The translations under genes and the position numbers were made by a program. Shown here one piece after another: positions 6,926-15,477 of a DNA stretch of 25,363 nt (the first letter of the stretch is position 1; every line of letters starts with the position of its first letter). The notes under the pieces were generated by a model that searched no databases, was not told the DNA's origin, and saw nothing but the letters and a program-made list of their open reading frames with translations. This DNA is from a virus (Duplodnaviria > Caudoviricetes): the IMG/VR virus record IMGVR_UViG_3300032053_004498, positions 1 through 25,363 of that record; one strand, given 5' to 3'.

Positions 6926-8050
6926 TCATCCCGCAGCGGTTGCGAATATCCCGCTGATACTGGAGCCGGTCGCAGATGAACAATTGACGTCCAGAAACGA
7001 CAAGCAGGCATCGTCAAAAATGCGCGCCAGATTAAATGCGGTGTTGATTCCGTCGACGATGGTCAGCATGTTTGTGACAACGCAGGGCATAAACGCGAGA
7101 GGGTGCCCAATGAAAAACGCAACGGTTCCTGTCACCGAGGCAGAGCATTGCATTTGCGTCAGCGTCTGGATGCCAGTGTCACCAGTGGCGAGAGGTGCGA
7201 ACCATTGATTGAGCGGGTGATCGAGACGATTGATTATTCCGCCTGAGTTGCCGATCAACGACGGCAGGGTGGATGCGTTGCCCGCGTGGTCTGTGTAGTT
7301 GCAGACGGTCCAGTTGTGGGCCGTCGCGCCCAATGCAACTTGAATCTCGATGCCAAGAAAGTTTCCGTCGACGGAATCCGGTTGGTTGCTGACGGTATTT
7401 TGGTAGCGCGTTGGCGCTCCCGTTACGGCCTCCGTTGTAATCGACGCCATTGTTTTGTTGACTTCAAAAATTCGGTCGTAAAGGAGGATGGACCGAGGAG
7501 CAATCGACGACATGATGTCAGCGCGGACGAAGTGCTGCGTGTCTGGAGACGTCGGATTGACGAAAAAAAACGCTCCCGCGCTCGCATCCGTCAACGCGGC
7601 ACCACCGGGGGCAGCAGCAGCAGCGCCACCGGCAGACGGATAGTTCCCCTGTCGCCAAAATGAATTGGTGCCGCCGACGACGGAGGCGCTTCCGATTTTT
7701 GAAAACGTAAAGTCTCGACGCTTGCCGAAGTTTGTCACTTCATTGATGAGATCAGACAACGACGAAAACCCATGCATGCGGTGACGGTTGGCGATCATTG
7801 CGACAGCGTGGTCAACGCGTTGCACGCATCGTTCTGCGAGGCCGACAAACCCGCCGCCGTCGATGGTGCCGACAAAATCGCCGCCGCGCCCTACCCACAC
7901 ACCGCCAGCACCAGGCACACCGCCAACAAGGATTGGACGTGTGCCGTGCCAAGTCCGCATTGACGTCGAGATGTTTTCAATCTGTTCTTTGCCAAGCCAG
8001 CGTTCAAGTTTTCCAGCGTGGGTCGAACGATTTTCAATGACGTTGGCCAT
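6926..8050 (-). CDS. Putative minor structural protein (374 aa)
   Basis: ATG at 8050 with GAGG RBS; Gly/Thr-rich beta-type sequence inside the fibre module. Confidence 0.7.
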   Translation of the reverse strand: MANVIENRSTHAGKLERWLGKEQIENISTSMRTWHGTRPILVGGVPGAGGVWVGRGGDFVGTIDGGGFVGLAERCVQRVDHAVAMIANRHRMHGFSSLSDLINEVTNFGKRRDFTFSKIGSASVVGGTNSFWRQGNYPSAGGAAAAAPGGAALTDASAGAFFFVNPTSPDTQHFVRADIMSSIAPRSILLYDRIFEVNKTMASITTEAVTGAPTRYQNTVSNQPDSVDGNFLGIEIQVALGATAHNWTVCNYTDHAGNASTLPSLIGNSGGIINRLDHPLNQWFAPLATGDTGIQTLTQMQCSASVTGTVAFFIGHPLAFMPCVVTNMLTIVDGINTAFNLARIFDDACLSFLDVNCSSATGSSISGIFATAAG

Positions 8051-8060
8051 GATGTTTTCC

Positions 8061-8276
8061 TCAGGTGCAGACTTGTCCGGCGTATTGACCGACGTCGTCA
8101 GGGGGTGCGGTGTCGTCGGATGTCGGCGTTGAATCATGACCAGCACGCCAGAACCCGACGACGACACCGCAATGCTCGCAACGCCAAAAGACATGCGTCG
8201 CCACGTCTTCGCCCGCAGGTGGCAAGGCGAGTACCCACGACGCATGACTGAGATTCGTTGATGGATCGACCGACAT
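8061..8276 (-). CDS. Small hypothetical protein with CEHC motif
   Basis: TGATG coupling with the upstream gene; fills the gap. Confidence 0.55.
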   Translation of the reverse strand: MSVDPSTNLSHASWVLALPPAGEDVATHVFWRCEHCGVVVGFWRAGHDSTPTSDDTAPPDDVGQYAGQVCT

Positions 8277-8677
8277 CAGACGTTGCCGTCAGTGATTGTC
8301 AGCGAGGTCACCTGCACCGGTTGTGTCGCGACAATCGACAGCGTGGTGAGGTTGAGATCACTGCCCGATGTGCCGCAGTCGCCGTCACAAACAAACGCGC
8401 CGGTCGAATCGGTGAGGTAAAAAAATGCAGCCGTGCCCGTGGCGTTGGCGCTTGTGTCGGAAAACGGAACCGTGAACGTGAGGACGCCCGTCGTCGACGA
8501 CCCGCAAGGGTCCGCACAGGTGAGCTCAGCTAACAACACGCCAGCAGGGACGCCGCCCTTTGTCGGCTTGCTTCCGCTATAAATGCGCAGCAGGCCAGCG
8601 CCAGCGCCAGCGTCGACGGCGATGCGGATGGAATCCACGCGAGTGTTGCGGACTGTGTCTGCGATGCGGACGGCCAT
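8276..8677 (-). CDS. Putative small virion fibre/attachment protein
   Basis: GAGGTGA RBS; LRIYSGSKP...LLAELT...ATGTAAFF...DGDCGTSGSDL pattern I associate with phage proteins preceding repeat fibres. Confidence 0.7.
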   Translation of the reverse strand: MAVRIADTVRNTRVDSIRIAVDAGAGAGLLRIYSGSKPTKGGVPAGVLLAELTCADPCGSSTTGVLTFTVPFSDTSANATGTAAFFYLTDSTGAFVCDGDCGTSGSDLNLTTLSIVATQPVQVTSLTITDGNV

Positions 8678-8710
8678 TAGGTCACCTCGAGATAAAAAAC
8701 AGTAGCGGAC

Positions 8711-9094
8711 TCATGGCGACTCAACAACCTCGTCTGGACATGACGACCAGCCGATGGTGTCAGGCTCCGCAAACACCGCCAACGACGCCATCGACGATTG
8801 AGCCGTAGCGGCGTCGTTGGGAGTCGCCATCATGCGCAGCAGCCAGCCGACAGGGACGCCGTCGGCGCACTGGCGAACGCCTTGTTCGATGGCGTTGTTG
8901 ACGAGGCAAGGCGCATCATCTTCGCAGTACCAATCACCCCAAGCAGTCCAGAACGCCAGGGCATCGCTGTCGCCGACACAGACCACCAGCGACGCGGTCC
9001 GCATGGTGTCGTCGAGTGGCGCGGCATCAGGTGACGCGTAGTAGCCGACAGCAACAGCAGCGGCGGCGAGAAGAGCAGCGAGGTAGCGAGTCAT
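8711..9094 (-). CDS. Hypothetical protein with N-terminal signal peptide/anchor
   Basis: ATG at 9094 (ATGA overlap); MTRYLAALLAAAAVAVGYYASPDA; 5 Cys. Confidence 0.75.
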   Translation of the reverse strand: MTRYLAALLAAAAVAVGYYASPDAAPLDDTMRTASLVVCVGDSDALAFWTAWGDWYCEDDAPCLVNNAIEQGVRQCADGVPVGWLLRMMATPNDAATAQSSMASLAVFAEPDTIGWSSCPDEVVESP

Positions 9095-10200
9095 GGTGTC
9101 ACCGGGAGAGTGCCGCCAAGCGCCCACTCGTCAGTCTGTTTGTTTATGCCGCGCTGTGTGGCGTCGAGTGCAGTGCCGCTGTAAATGAGGACGCGGAAGA
9201 GGTCGCCAGTCAGCGGAAATCCGCCTGCGTTGTACGCGCACAGCGTCAACGGTGAGGCTGTCGTCGTCGAGTAGAGCAGCGCACGGGTTCCCGTAGCTGT
9301 GGCCAGAGAGTCAACGAATATAGACGCATCAGTGCCAGCGCCGCCATCGTCGAGCAGTACCGACGACGCCAGATGAAACAGCCCCGACGTGTAGCCAGAA
9401 CGAGAAAAACTCAAGTTTGTGGCTGGGGTCTCGTTGATGATTTGCAAAAAGTAACTTCCGCCGACGTCGATGGACGAATAGCCATGCACGCCGTTAGACG
9501 CGCCAGTCGCAGCGTATGTGCCGTTTCCTGAGACCGTCTTGCCGACTGTCTCGACGGTAAATGCTGCACCCTGATACAAAAACGTCCAATCAACAGCAGC
9601 AGCGCCAGCGACGCGATCCCCACCATCACACCGCACAACAGGTTGCCCGCCGACAATCGCAGTGCGGTATGTCGGTTGCGCGGAGCCCGTCGCTTGCGTC
9701 ACATTCAAAGCCGAAGACCCAAGGTTGACCCATGTTCCGACGGCGTCGAGGTTGAGTTTGCCAGCGTTGTAGGCGCCGTCGTAGGACTGCGCCAAAAAGC
9801 AGCTATGCGCGCCAGCGACGTAAAATCCAACGTCAACCGTCGCCGACCCGCCGCCCGCCTGCGACACGGTGATCGTCTCCACGCCCTCGCCTGCCGCGTT
9901 TGGCGAAACGGCCACAGGACAAGACCACGACGTGGTGCCTGTGCAAGCGCCAGACGCACCGTCAGGCGACGCCGCCCACGTTACCGCGCCAGCGCCTGTC
10001 GCTGTGCCTGTCAGCGTTCTGGCGCCGGTACAGGTGACGGTGCGTGCAAAGGGTTGTGCTTCAATCGACAACGGCACACGGACACCGGGATCGAAGAACC
10101 CCGATTCGCCGCCCATGATGCCTGTCTGATCTCCGAGGTGTTGCGCAAAAGAGGCGGGCGCCACAAGGACGCCCGCCAACAACAGAGCAACGGCTCTCAC
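9091..10200 (-). CDS. Signal-peptide protein with Ig-like and LamG/lectin-like domains
   Basis: GTG at 10200 (GTGA overlap) gives MRAVALLLAGVLVAPASFA|Q; Ig-like TLTGTATG...TTSWSCPV...ETITV; lectin-like VGTWVNLG...TQATGSAQPTY...GGQPVVRCDGGD. Confidence 0.75.
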   Translation of the reverse strand: MRAVALLLAGVLVAPASFAQHLGDQTGIMGGESGFFDPGVRVPLSIEAQPFARTVTCTGARTLTGTATGAGAVTWAASPDGASGACTGTTSWSCPVAVSPNAAGEGVETITVSQAGGGSATVDVGFYVAGAHSCFLAQSYDGAYNAGKLNLDAVGTWVNLGSSALNVTQATGSAQPTYRTAIVGGQPVVRCDGGDRVAGAAAVDWTFLYQGAAFTVETVGKTVSGNGTYAATGASNGVHGYSSIDVGGSYFLQIINETPATNLSFSRSGYTSGLFHLASSVLLDDGGAGTDASIFVDSLATATGTRALLYSTTTASPLTLCAYNAGGFPLTGDLFRVLIYSGTALDATQRGINKQTDEWALGGTLPVTP

Positions 10201-10586
10201 TTTGTCACCAGAAAGCGACACTCAAGCACCACGCTACCAGCCGAGATGCACCGTTCAGGGTTTTGCACATTGGCGCCAATTCGGTCGCCGTTGGCCAGGA
10301 CGAATCCATTTGCAAACGTCAACGCCGACCCCGCGCCGGTCGTTGACCCGACTGCAACAGCACCGCGACTGATGCACTCATAACTCACCAGTTGATGAGA
10401 CCCGGCGGGTTTGATCTCCACTCCGCCCGCCGTGGTGTCGCATGTGATGCGCTCATGACGAGGGAATGCAGGACCAACCGCCGTAGCGCCGTCACGGATA
10501 GCGGCAACGACAGGCAGCGGAGAAAACGCAAGGAGCCCACCACTCACAACGAGTGCGAGAGCAACGACGAGAATGGTGGGACGCAT
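10197..10586 (-). CDS. Hypothetical protein with N-terminal signal peptide
   Basis: MRPTILVVALALVVSGGLLAFSPLPVVA; GAGGT RBS; 4 Cys; beta-rich mature part. Confidence 0.75.
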   Translation of the reverse strand: MRPTILVVALALVVSGGLLAFSPLPVVAAIRDGATAVGPAFPRHERITCDTTAGGVEIKPAGSHQLVSYECISRGAVAVGSTTGAGSALTFANGFVLANGDRIGANVQNPERCISAGSVVLECRFLVTK

Positions 10587-10589
10587 GAT

Positions 10590-11090
10590 TCAGACCTCGC
10601 CGATCTTGACCAATTCCAGAGCAGCCGAACGGATCAGGATCGCGTTGCCGTTGGTTTGCACTCCAAGGCGCATCTCGACGGTGTCGCCTACGGCGCTCAG
10701 GTCAACGATGGCGATAGCCACGCCGGTCGAACCACGGACGGCAGCGGCGCCCTCAGTGCGCAACGCCTTTGATCCTTTGACGGCAGCGGCAACGCCAGCT
10801 TCTTTGGCGTAGACCTGAACGAAATGAAACGTGCTCAGCACACCAAGCGCATCGCCAAGGCTGGCACAGACAGCATACCGACCGATGCCAGCGGGAGTCG
10901 CGACGGTAGCGACTCCAGCGGCGAAGGTGATGCCGCCGTTGGTGTTGTTCTTCTTTTCGGTGAACAACGCATCGGTGACGACTTGCGGCGTAGCGGAAGC
11001 CGCGACGGTGATCGTGAAGCCGGTTGCATTGTCGACGTCGACAAGAACAGTGTTGTGTGTGCCGCCAGTATTGAAAGCTGCAAGAGACAT
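10590..11090 (-). CDS. Putative capsid decoration/fibre protein (C1q/BclA-CTD-like jelly roll)
   Basis: AGGAG RBS; GGITFAAGVATV...GRYAVCASL...VGDTVEMRL pattern; shortly after the major capsid gene. Confidence 0.6.
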   Translation of the reverse strand: MSLAAFNTGGTHNTVLVDVDNATGFTITVAASATPQVVTDALFTEKKNNTNGGITFAAGVATVATPAGIGRYAVCASLGDALGVLSTFHFVQVYAKEAGVAAAVKGSKALRTEGAAAVRGSTGVAIAIVDLSAVGDTVEMRLGVQTNGNAILIRSAALELVKIGEV

Positions 11091-11099
11091 GAAAAACTC

Positions 11100-11243
11100 C
11101 TAGCGCCGTTGGCGCTGTTGTTGGTTGATGCGCTCGGCTGATTCTCTCGCGATCTTGCGAGCCTGTTCCGAGGTGAGAGAGGGGGAGGATTGCTTGATCT
11201 TTTCCGCGACCTTGTCGACGGTGTTGGTCTTGATCTCAGACAC
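11100..11243 (-). CDS. Small basic helical protein (47 aa)
   Basis: GTG at 11243 overlapping the upstream gene end; SEIKTNTVDKVAEKIKQSSPSLTSEQARKIARESAERINQQQRQRR. Confidence 0.65.
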   Translation of the reverse strand: MSEIKTNTVDKVAEKIKQSSPSLTSEQARKIARESAERINQQQRQRR

Positions 11244-11673
11244 GCGCACCGCCCTTCGCAGAGACAGCGCGGACCATTTGCGTGATGGTGTTGGCAACGT
11301 CAGCCGACTGATTCTTTTCCATCTGTGCCTCAGCCTGTCGACGAGACTCGACAGATTTGGCAATGAAGACAGCCCGCGATTCGTTCCACTTTTTGATCAT
11401 GTGCTCGGGATGTTCTCGCTTGATGACGTCTTCCTCAAACGACGCGAACTCATCTCCACCCGGCAACACCTCGCCAGGAGCAAACTTCCAATCGCCGACA
11501 AACTCGACAAGAAACACCGGCATCTGTTTGCCGTCGACGTCGATGCGCTTGGAGAGCACACGCGACAACGCTTGACGTTGCGAGGTTGCTTCGCCTTCGC
11601 GGGTGACTCCACCGTCGGGAAACTCGACGATGTGCGGGTCTTTGATTGAGCGGAGCTTGATGATTCGTTTCAC
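11236..11673 (-). CDS. Hypothetical head-associated protein
   Basis: GAGG RBS; first gene after the capsid terminator; C-terminal helix. Confidence 0.7.
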   Translation of the reverse strand: MKRIIKLRSIKDPHIVEFPDGGVTREGEATSQRQALSRVLSKRIDVDGKQMPVFLVEFVGDWKFAPGEVLPGGDEFASFEEDVIKREHPEHMIKKWNESRAVFIAKSVESRRQAEAQMEKNQSADVANTITQMVRAVSAKGGARV

Positions 11674-11690
11674 GTCGGCGCCTCATGGGA

Positions 11691-11728
11691 GGGAAAGGAA
11701 AAGAGCGGGGCCACATGACCCCGCTCTT
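11691..11728 (-). terminator. Intrinsic terminator after the major capsid gene
   Basis: Perfect 10-bp stem AAGAGCGGGG/CCCCGCTCTT with 8-nt loop, followed on the - strand by TTCCTTT. Confidence 0.8.
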
Positions 11729-11740
11729 CAAGAGAATCGA

Positions 11741-12733
11741 TCAGGTCTTCTCGTAGATGATCTTCACGCCGTGTTCGTCGGTATGCTCGGCAAGCGCGTA
11801 GCACCAACGACCAACGGCAAGCAGGCTGTCGTCGGCGAGGTCGTACTGGAAGCCCAGGCTAGGCTCATAGCGTTCCGTCATTTCGGCGAAGCCACGCACA
11901 CTACCGGGAGCGCCAGTCTCGCCACGGCCAGCGACGATCAACGCGGACACACGGTCAACGCCAGCGTTGGCTGTGGCCATCGCGTTTTTGTTGGCGGCGT
12001 AGATCGGGATGCCGCAGAAGCCGCCACGGAAACCGTTTCGGCTTACGTCGGGGCGCTGATTGAAGAACGACAGATCGGCGGCGCCGTTGCCTGTGAAGAC
12101 CGACGACAGAGCAGCACCGGAGCCCGACGACGCGAGGGTGCGCAAGTCGCCGACGCCAATTTCTTCAAGGACGAAAACAAGATCTTCGCTGGAGGGGTTG
12201 TTGTCGAGCAGCTTGACGATTGAGTCGAGCAAGGTCGCAAACGACAACGGCTGATTGGTGGTGCCAGCCGACTCCGACAGGCCGGAGAACAACGCCAAGG
12301 CGTCGGTCTCAGCCCGCAGGTAGTGCGACTCAAGGATCTCGGTCATCGCGTCACGGACGAGGGGCAGAGCGCCAGCGCCGTTGCCCTGGATGGCGTCGAT
12401 CACCTGTGAGCGAGCAACGCCAGGCAGAGCCAATTCAATCGCATCGGCAGTCAACTGAATGCCCTGAACCTTGGTCGAAGGCGTGATCGAGATGTTGGCT
12501 ACGACGCCAAGGGTTGCAGGGTTGGAGAACGCGGTGGCTTCCGTGTCATCGACAGCAGCGGCAATCGCGCTCTTCTTGCGGATCTTGCGGACCTTGGACG
12601 AACGACCGGAGATGTCAGCCATGTTCAAGAAAGGCAGCAAGACGAACTTGCCGCGCAACGGGTCAAGTGCGATCTGCGACATGACCTCGGTCAAGAGCCA
12701 GTTGGCGACGGTGGTGGACGTAGAGACACCCAT
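11741..12733 (-). CDS. Major capsid protein (HK97-like fold inferred)
   Basis: 330 aa from ATG 12733; follows a scaffold-like gene and precedes a strong terminator; GGFCGIPIY and C-terminal GRWCYALAEHTDEHGVKI fit capsid patterns. Confidence 0.8.
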   Translation of the reverse strand: MGVSTSTTVANWLLTEVMSQIALDPLRGKFVLLPFLNMADISGRSSKVRKIRKKSAIAAAVDDTEATAFSNPATLGVVANISITPSTKVQGIQLTADAIELALPGVARSQVIDAIQGNGAGALPLVRDAMTEILESHYLRAETDALALFSGLSESAGTTNQPLSFATLLDSIVKLLDNNPSSEDLVFVLEEIGVGDLRTLASSGSGAALSSVFTGNGAADLSFFNQRPDVSRNGFRGGFCGIPIYAANKNAMATANAGVDRVSALIVAGRGETGAPGSVRGFAEMTERYEPSLGFQYDLADDSLLAVGRWCYALAEHTDEHGVKIIYEKT

Positions 12734-12771
12734 ATGATTCGATCCTTGTGCGGCGCTCAGCCGCTCAGTGG

Positions 12772-13329
12772 TTATTGCGCCTTGGCTCGGGCAAATCGCC
12801 CGATGCCAAGGGAAGCACTCGACGATGAGCGCCCAGACATTTTGGATGCGAGCCACGACGACCAGCCTTGTGGATCGCGTGCCTTCGCCTCAGCAGCTTT
12901 CTTGCCGGTCACATCGGCAAGCGCCTCATCAAAGTCGACGACGGACACAGCAGGTGGAGCACCCATCGACGGGGGCTGGCCAACGGTCTTGAGCGGTGCT
13001 GTCGAGGTCGAGCGAAACGCCGCAAGGATCTCGCGCTTGGCGTCGATGTCGCCTTGCTTGCCATAGATGGCACGCACCGCCTCGGGGAGTGCGGCAGCCT
13101 CAGCGTCAAGGCGCTTGGACTCGGCTTCCTCATGTGCTCGCCAACGATTGGCGAGCGGCTTGTACGCTTCGATCTCCGTCAACCGAAGAGCCATCTCAGC
13201 CTTGAGCGCCGCAAGTTCTCTAGCCTCAGGCGAAGGCGCAACGACAACAACAGGCGCAACAGCAACAGGCTCAGGCGAGGGTGCGGCGTCCATGGTTGGC
13301 GCGCCGTCGATGGCGGATAAGGTGGTCAT
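12772..13329 (-). CDS. Putative head scaffolding protein
   Basis: Pro/Ala-rich N-terminus, coiled coil, Pro-rich linker and short C-terminal helical domain; immediately upstream of the capsid gene. Confidence 0.7.
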   Translation of the reverse strand: MTTLSAIDGAPTMDAAPSPEPVAVAPVVVVAPSPEARELAALKAEMALRLTEIEAYKPLANRWRAHEEAESKRLDAEAAALPEAVRAIYGKQGDIDAKREILAAFRSTSTAPLKTVGQPPSMGAPPAVSVVDFDEALADVTGKKAAEAKARDPQGWSSWLASKMSGRSSSSASLGIGRFARAKAQ

Positions 13330-13336
13330 GTCAAGG

Positions 13337-13365
13337 ACTTTATCATTACATAACCGCTTATGCAA
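13337..13365 (-). promoter_or_regulatory. Putative leaderless promoter for scaffold/capsid with overlapping palindromic operator
   Basis: On the - strand: TTGCAT, 17 bp, TAAAGT, 7 bp, ATG, with no SD. Palindrome TTACATAA-CCGC-TTATGCAA at 13346-13365. Confidence 0.7.
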
Positions 13366-13384
13366 GTGACGCTAAAACGGCGTT

Positions 13385-14065
13385 CTAGTGCGACCTGACA
13401 GCAAACTGTGACAGTGTAGCAACGTCGATTGACACGCCAGTAGCGACGCCGCTTTTGGCTGTCAGCTTGACCTCAAACGTCAGGGTGTTGATACCAGGGC
13501 GCAACGTGAAGAATGGCGAACCCGACGCCACCGTCAGAGCGGTACTGCTGACTGTCAACGTCGACGACGTCGACGACGCCTCATCGGATGACAGGCATGT
13601 GATGGTAGCAGTAGCAGACCCAACGCCAGCGCCGCCAAGACGAAACCCAAGCACTTGGAGAAGGCCACGGCTGTAGGGCGTCATCTGGCGTTCCTGAAAT
13701 GGCTTGACCTCGACAGTGATGGTGCGTCGTTGCGATTGCCCGACTTCGCCCAAAGAAATCCATGGCGTCGTCCGTCCGTAGACAAGCGTCGACGTCTGGT
13801 TGGCTTCGCTTTCGTATGTCCACAGCGGATGCAGACAAGCGGTCCCCCATGGCGCACCGCTACGGTCAACGCCGCGCTTGCCTTGTGGATTGAGACCTGT
13901 CGCGCCTTCGTCGTCGGCCACAGGATTCTCACCTGTGGCTAACTCCCAAAGCATCCTGCCTCTGCCCAGGATCGATTCTGCGAGGCTATCGGCAACGGCA
14001 GGCGACAGACTTGTGGCCTCGACAGCCAGCAGCGCCTTGCTTGAGATAAAGCGTTTCAGCGTCAT
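13385..14065 (-). CDS. Tail tip/minor tail protein
   Basis: End of the tail operon; ATGA coupling; beta-rich C-terminal domain. Confidence 0.7.
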   Translation of the reverse strand: MTLKRFISSKALLAVEATSLSPAVADSLAESILGRGRMLWELATGENPVADDEGATGLNPQGKRGVDRSGAPWGTACLHPLWTYESEANQTSTLVYGRTTPWISLGEVGQSQRRTITVEVKPFQERQMTPYSRGLLQVLGFRLGGAGVGSATATITCLSSDEASSTSSTLTVSSTALTVASGSPFFTLRPGINTLTFEVKLTAKSGVATGVSIDVATLSQFAVRSH

Positions 14066-15477
14066 GGTGCCTCAAAATATGCCATCGCGCCCAAGACGAT
14101 GAGGTCTCCGTCGATGGCAGCGGGTGTGATGTGATGGAGGTTTACTATCACATTTTGGTGTGAACCCGGCGTAAACGGAATCGCGGTGATGGTACTTGAC
14201 CAATAGTTGGTTGCGCCCATGCGAGTGAATGAGAACGTGCCAGACGTACCCGCCGCCGTCACACGAACACGCCAGTCGTTGAGTGTCGTTGCACCGCCAC
14301 CGGGCGCTTGCACCAGAAGCGTGAGCTTCAGCAGCGACGATGCCGTGCTAAAGTTGGGCATGATGCAGCGCATAAGCGCAACGCTTGCAGGAGTCGCAAT
14401 GTCAGGACGCGTGACAGGGAACCTTGACCACTGGAGCATCCCTGTCGACGCCGCTAGCGTCGTTGGCGCGACGATGAGCTTGAGCCCGCCAGCATACGAA
14501 GACCCAAGCGCAACGCACGCAATGGGCAGGTCTATCAACGGCTCGGAGGTGAACGACGCACGGTTGCCGAGCCGGTTCGTCGTCATCGTCATGGATGCGT
14601 TGCCAGCCACAGGAGCGCCCGTCATCCACTCCGTCAGGGCGTTGATGTTCCGGTTGGCCCGCGAGATGACATAGGCGTCAAGCGGGCCGCTTCCTTCAAC
14701 CTGCGTCGAATCGAACTCCACCCATGTGCCGGGAACAAACGTCGTTGGCAGCGGGTGATTATTGCCGACGCTCGACGACGGTACCGCGCCGGTCCGCGAG
14801 GCTTGGCGCCTTGCAGGGTACAGGCGCCAAGCGCCCAACTTGCTGGAGTCGTTGCCGCCAACGCCAGACGCAAGCACACGTGTGAACCGCGAGACGGTCA
14901 GGAACTGAAGGCCAGCGGACAACGTCAGATTCCACGAATACGTCGGTAGCGCCGTAGTGTTGAACTGTTGTTCATCGTTCACTGTGCGAGGTGGAGCGGA
15001 GCCGTCGTTGATTGGCCGACCGGGGGCAATACCGCCAGCGGTCCGACGCCCGTCAATCGGTCCCTGAAACGCCGCCCACGACGAGTCAAACAACGTAGCG
15101 GTGACACCGACTTCGCCTTCGTTGAAAGGCTTTGGGTCTGATATTTCCACCTCCAAGACCCACGATTGATCCTCGCCAGTCGCAACAAAAATGGGAACCG
15201 CGATGACGTCGACGTAGTCCGCCACAGCAGGCGACGGATCGGTGATGTCAATCCGTGCATCAATGTGCTGATTGGCGATTGCAAGACCGAGAGGACAACC
15301 GCGACCGCTACCAGTGTGGTTGATCGTAACGGCGTTGCCATTCTCGCCCGTCAATCGGTCCTTGACCTCGGCCATCTCGCCAAGTGCTTGGTACAATGCT
15401 CGCCAATAGATGCTGGCGTCGGCCACCACCTCGGACGGTGGAGTACCTGCGAAAGTTGAAGCAAGTATGCGAGCCAT
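14062..15477 (-). CDS. Tail tip/minor tail protein with internal duplication
   Basis: ATG at 15477 by TGATG overlap; two similar modules; follows the hub gene. Confidence 0.7.
   Translation of the reverse strand: MARILASTFAGTPPSEVVADASIYWRALYQALGEMAEVKDRLTGENGNAVTINHTGSGRGCPLGLAIANQHIDARIDITDPSPAVADYVDVIAVPIFVATGEDQSWVLEVEISDPKPFNEGEVGVTATLFDSSWAAFQGPIDGRRTAGGIAPGRPINDGSAPPRTVNDEQQFNTTALPTYSWNLTLSAGLQFLTVSRFTRVLASGVGGNDSSKLGAWRLYPARRQASRTGAVPSSSVGNNHPLPTTFVPGTWVEFDSTQVEGSGPLDAYVISRANRNINALTEWMTGAPVAGNASMTMTTNRLGNRASFTSEPLIDLPIACVALGSSYAGGLKLIVAPTTLAASTGMLQWSRFPVTRPDIATPASVALMRCIMPNFSTASSLLKLTLLVQAPGGGATTLNDWRVRVTAAGTSGTFSFTRMGATNYWSSTITAIPFTPGSHQNVIVNLHHITPAAIDGDLIVLGAMAYFEAP

Noticed and set aside
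7563-7570. A8 run as a phase-variation or frameshift site
   Set aside because: Encodes Phe codons within an intact reading frame; no evidence of an alternative product.
8051-8245. Extended 439-aa start for 6926-8245
   Set aside because: Overlaps ORF 8061-8276; ATG 8050 has a GAGG RBS.
12734-12856. Extended 371-aa start for the major capsid protein
   Set aside because: Overlaps the scaffold gene; ATG 12733 sits after a short gap with a GGA element and gives a typical N-terminus.
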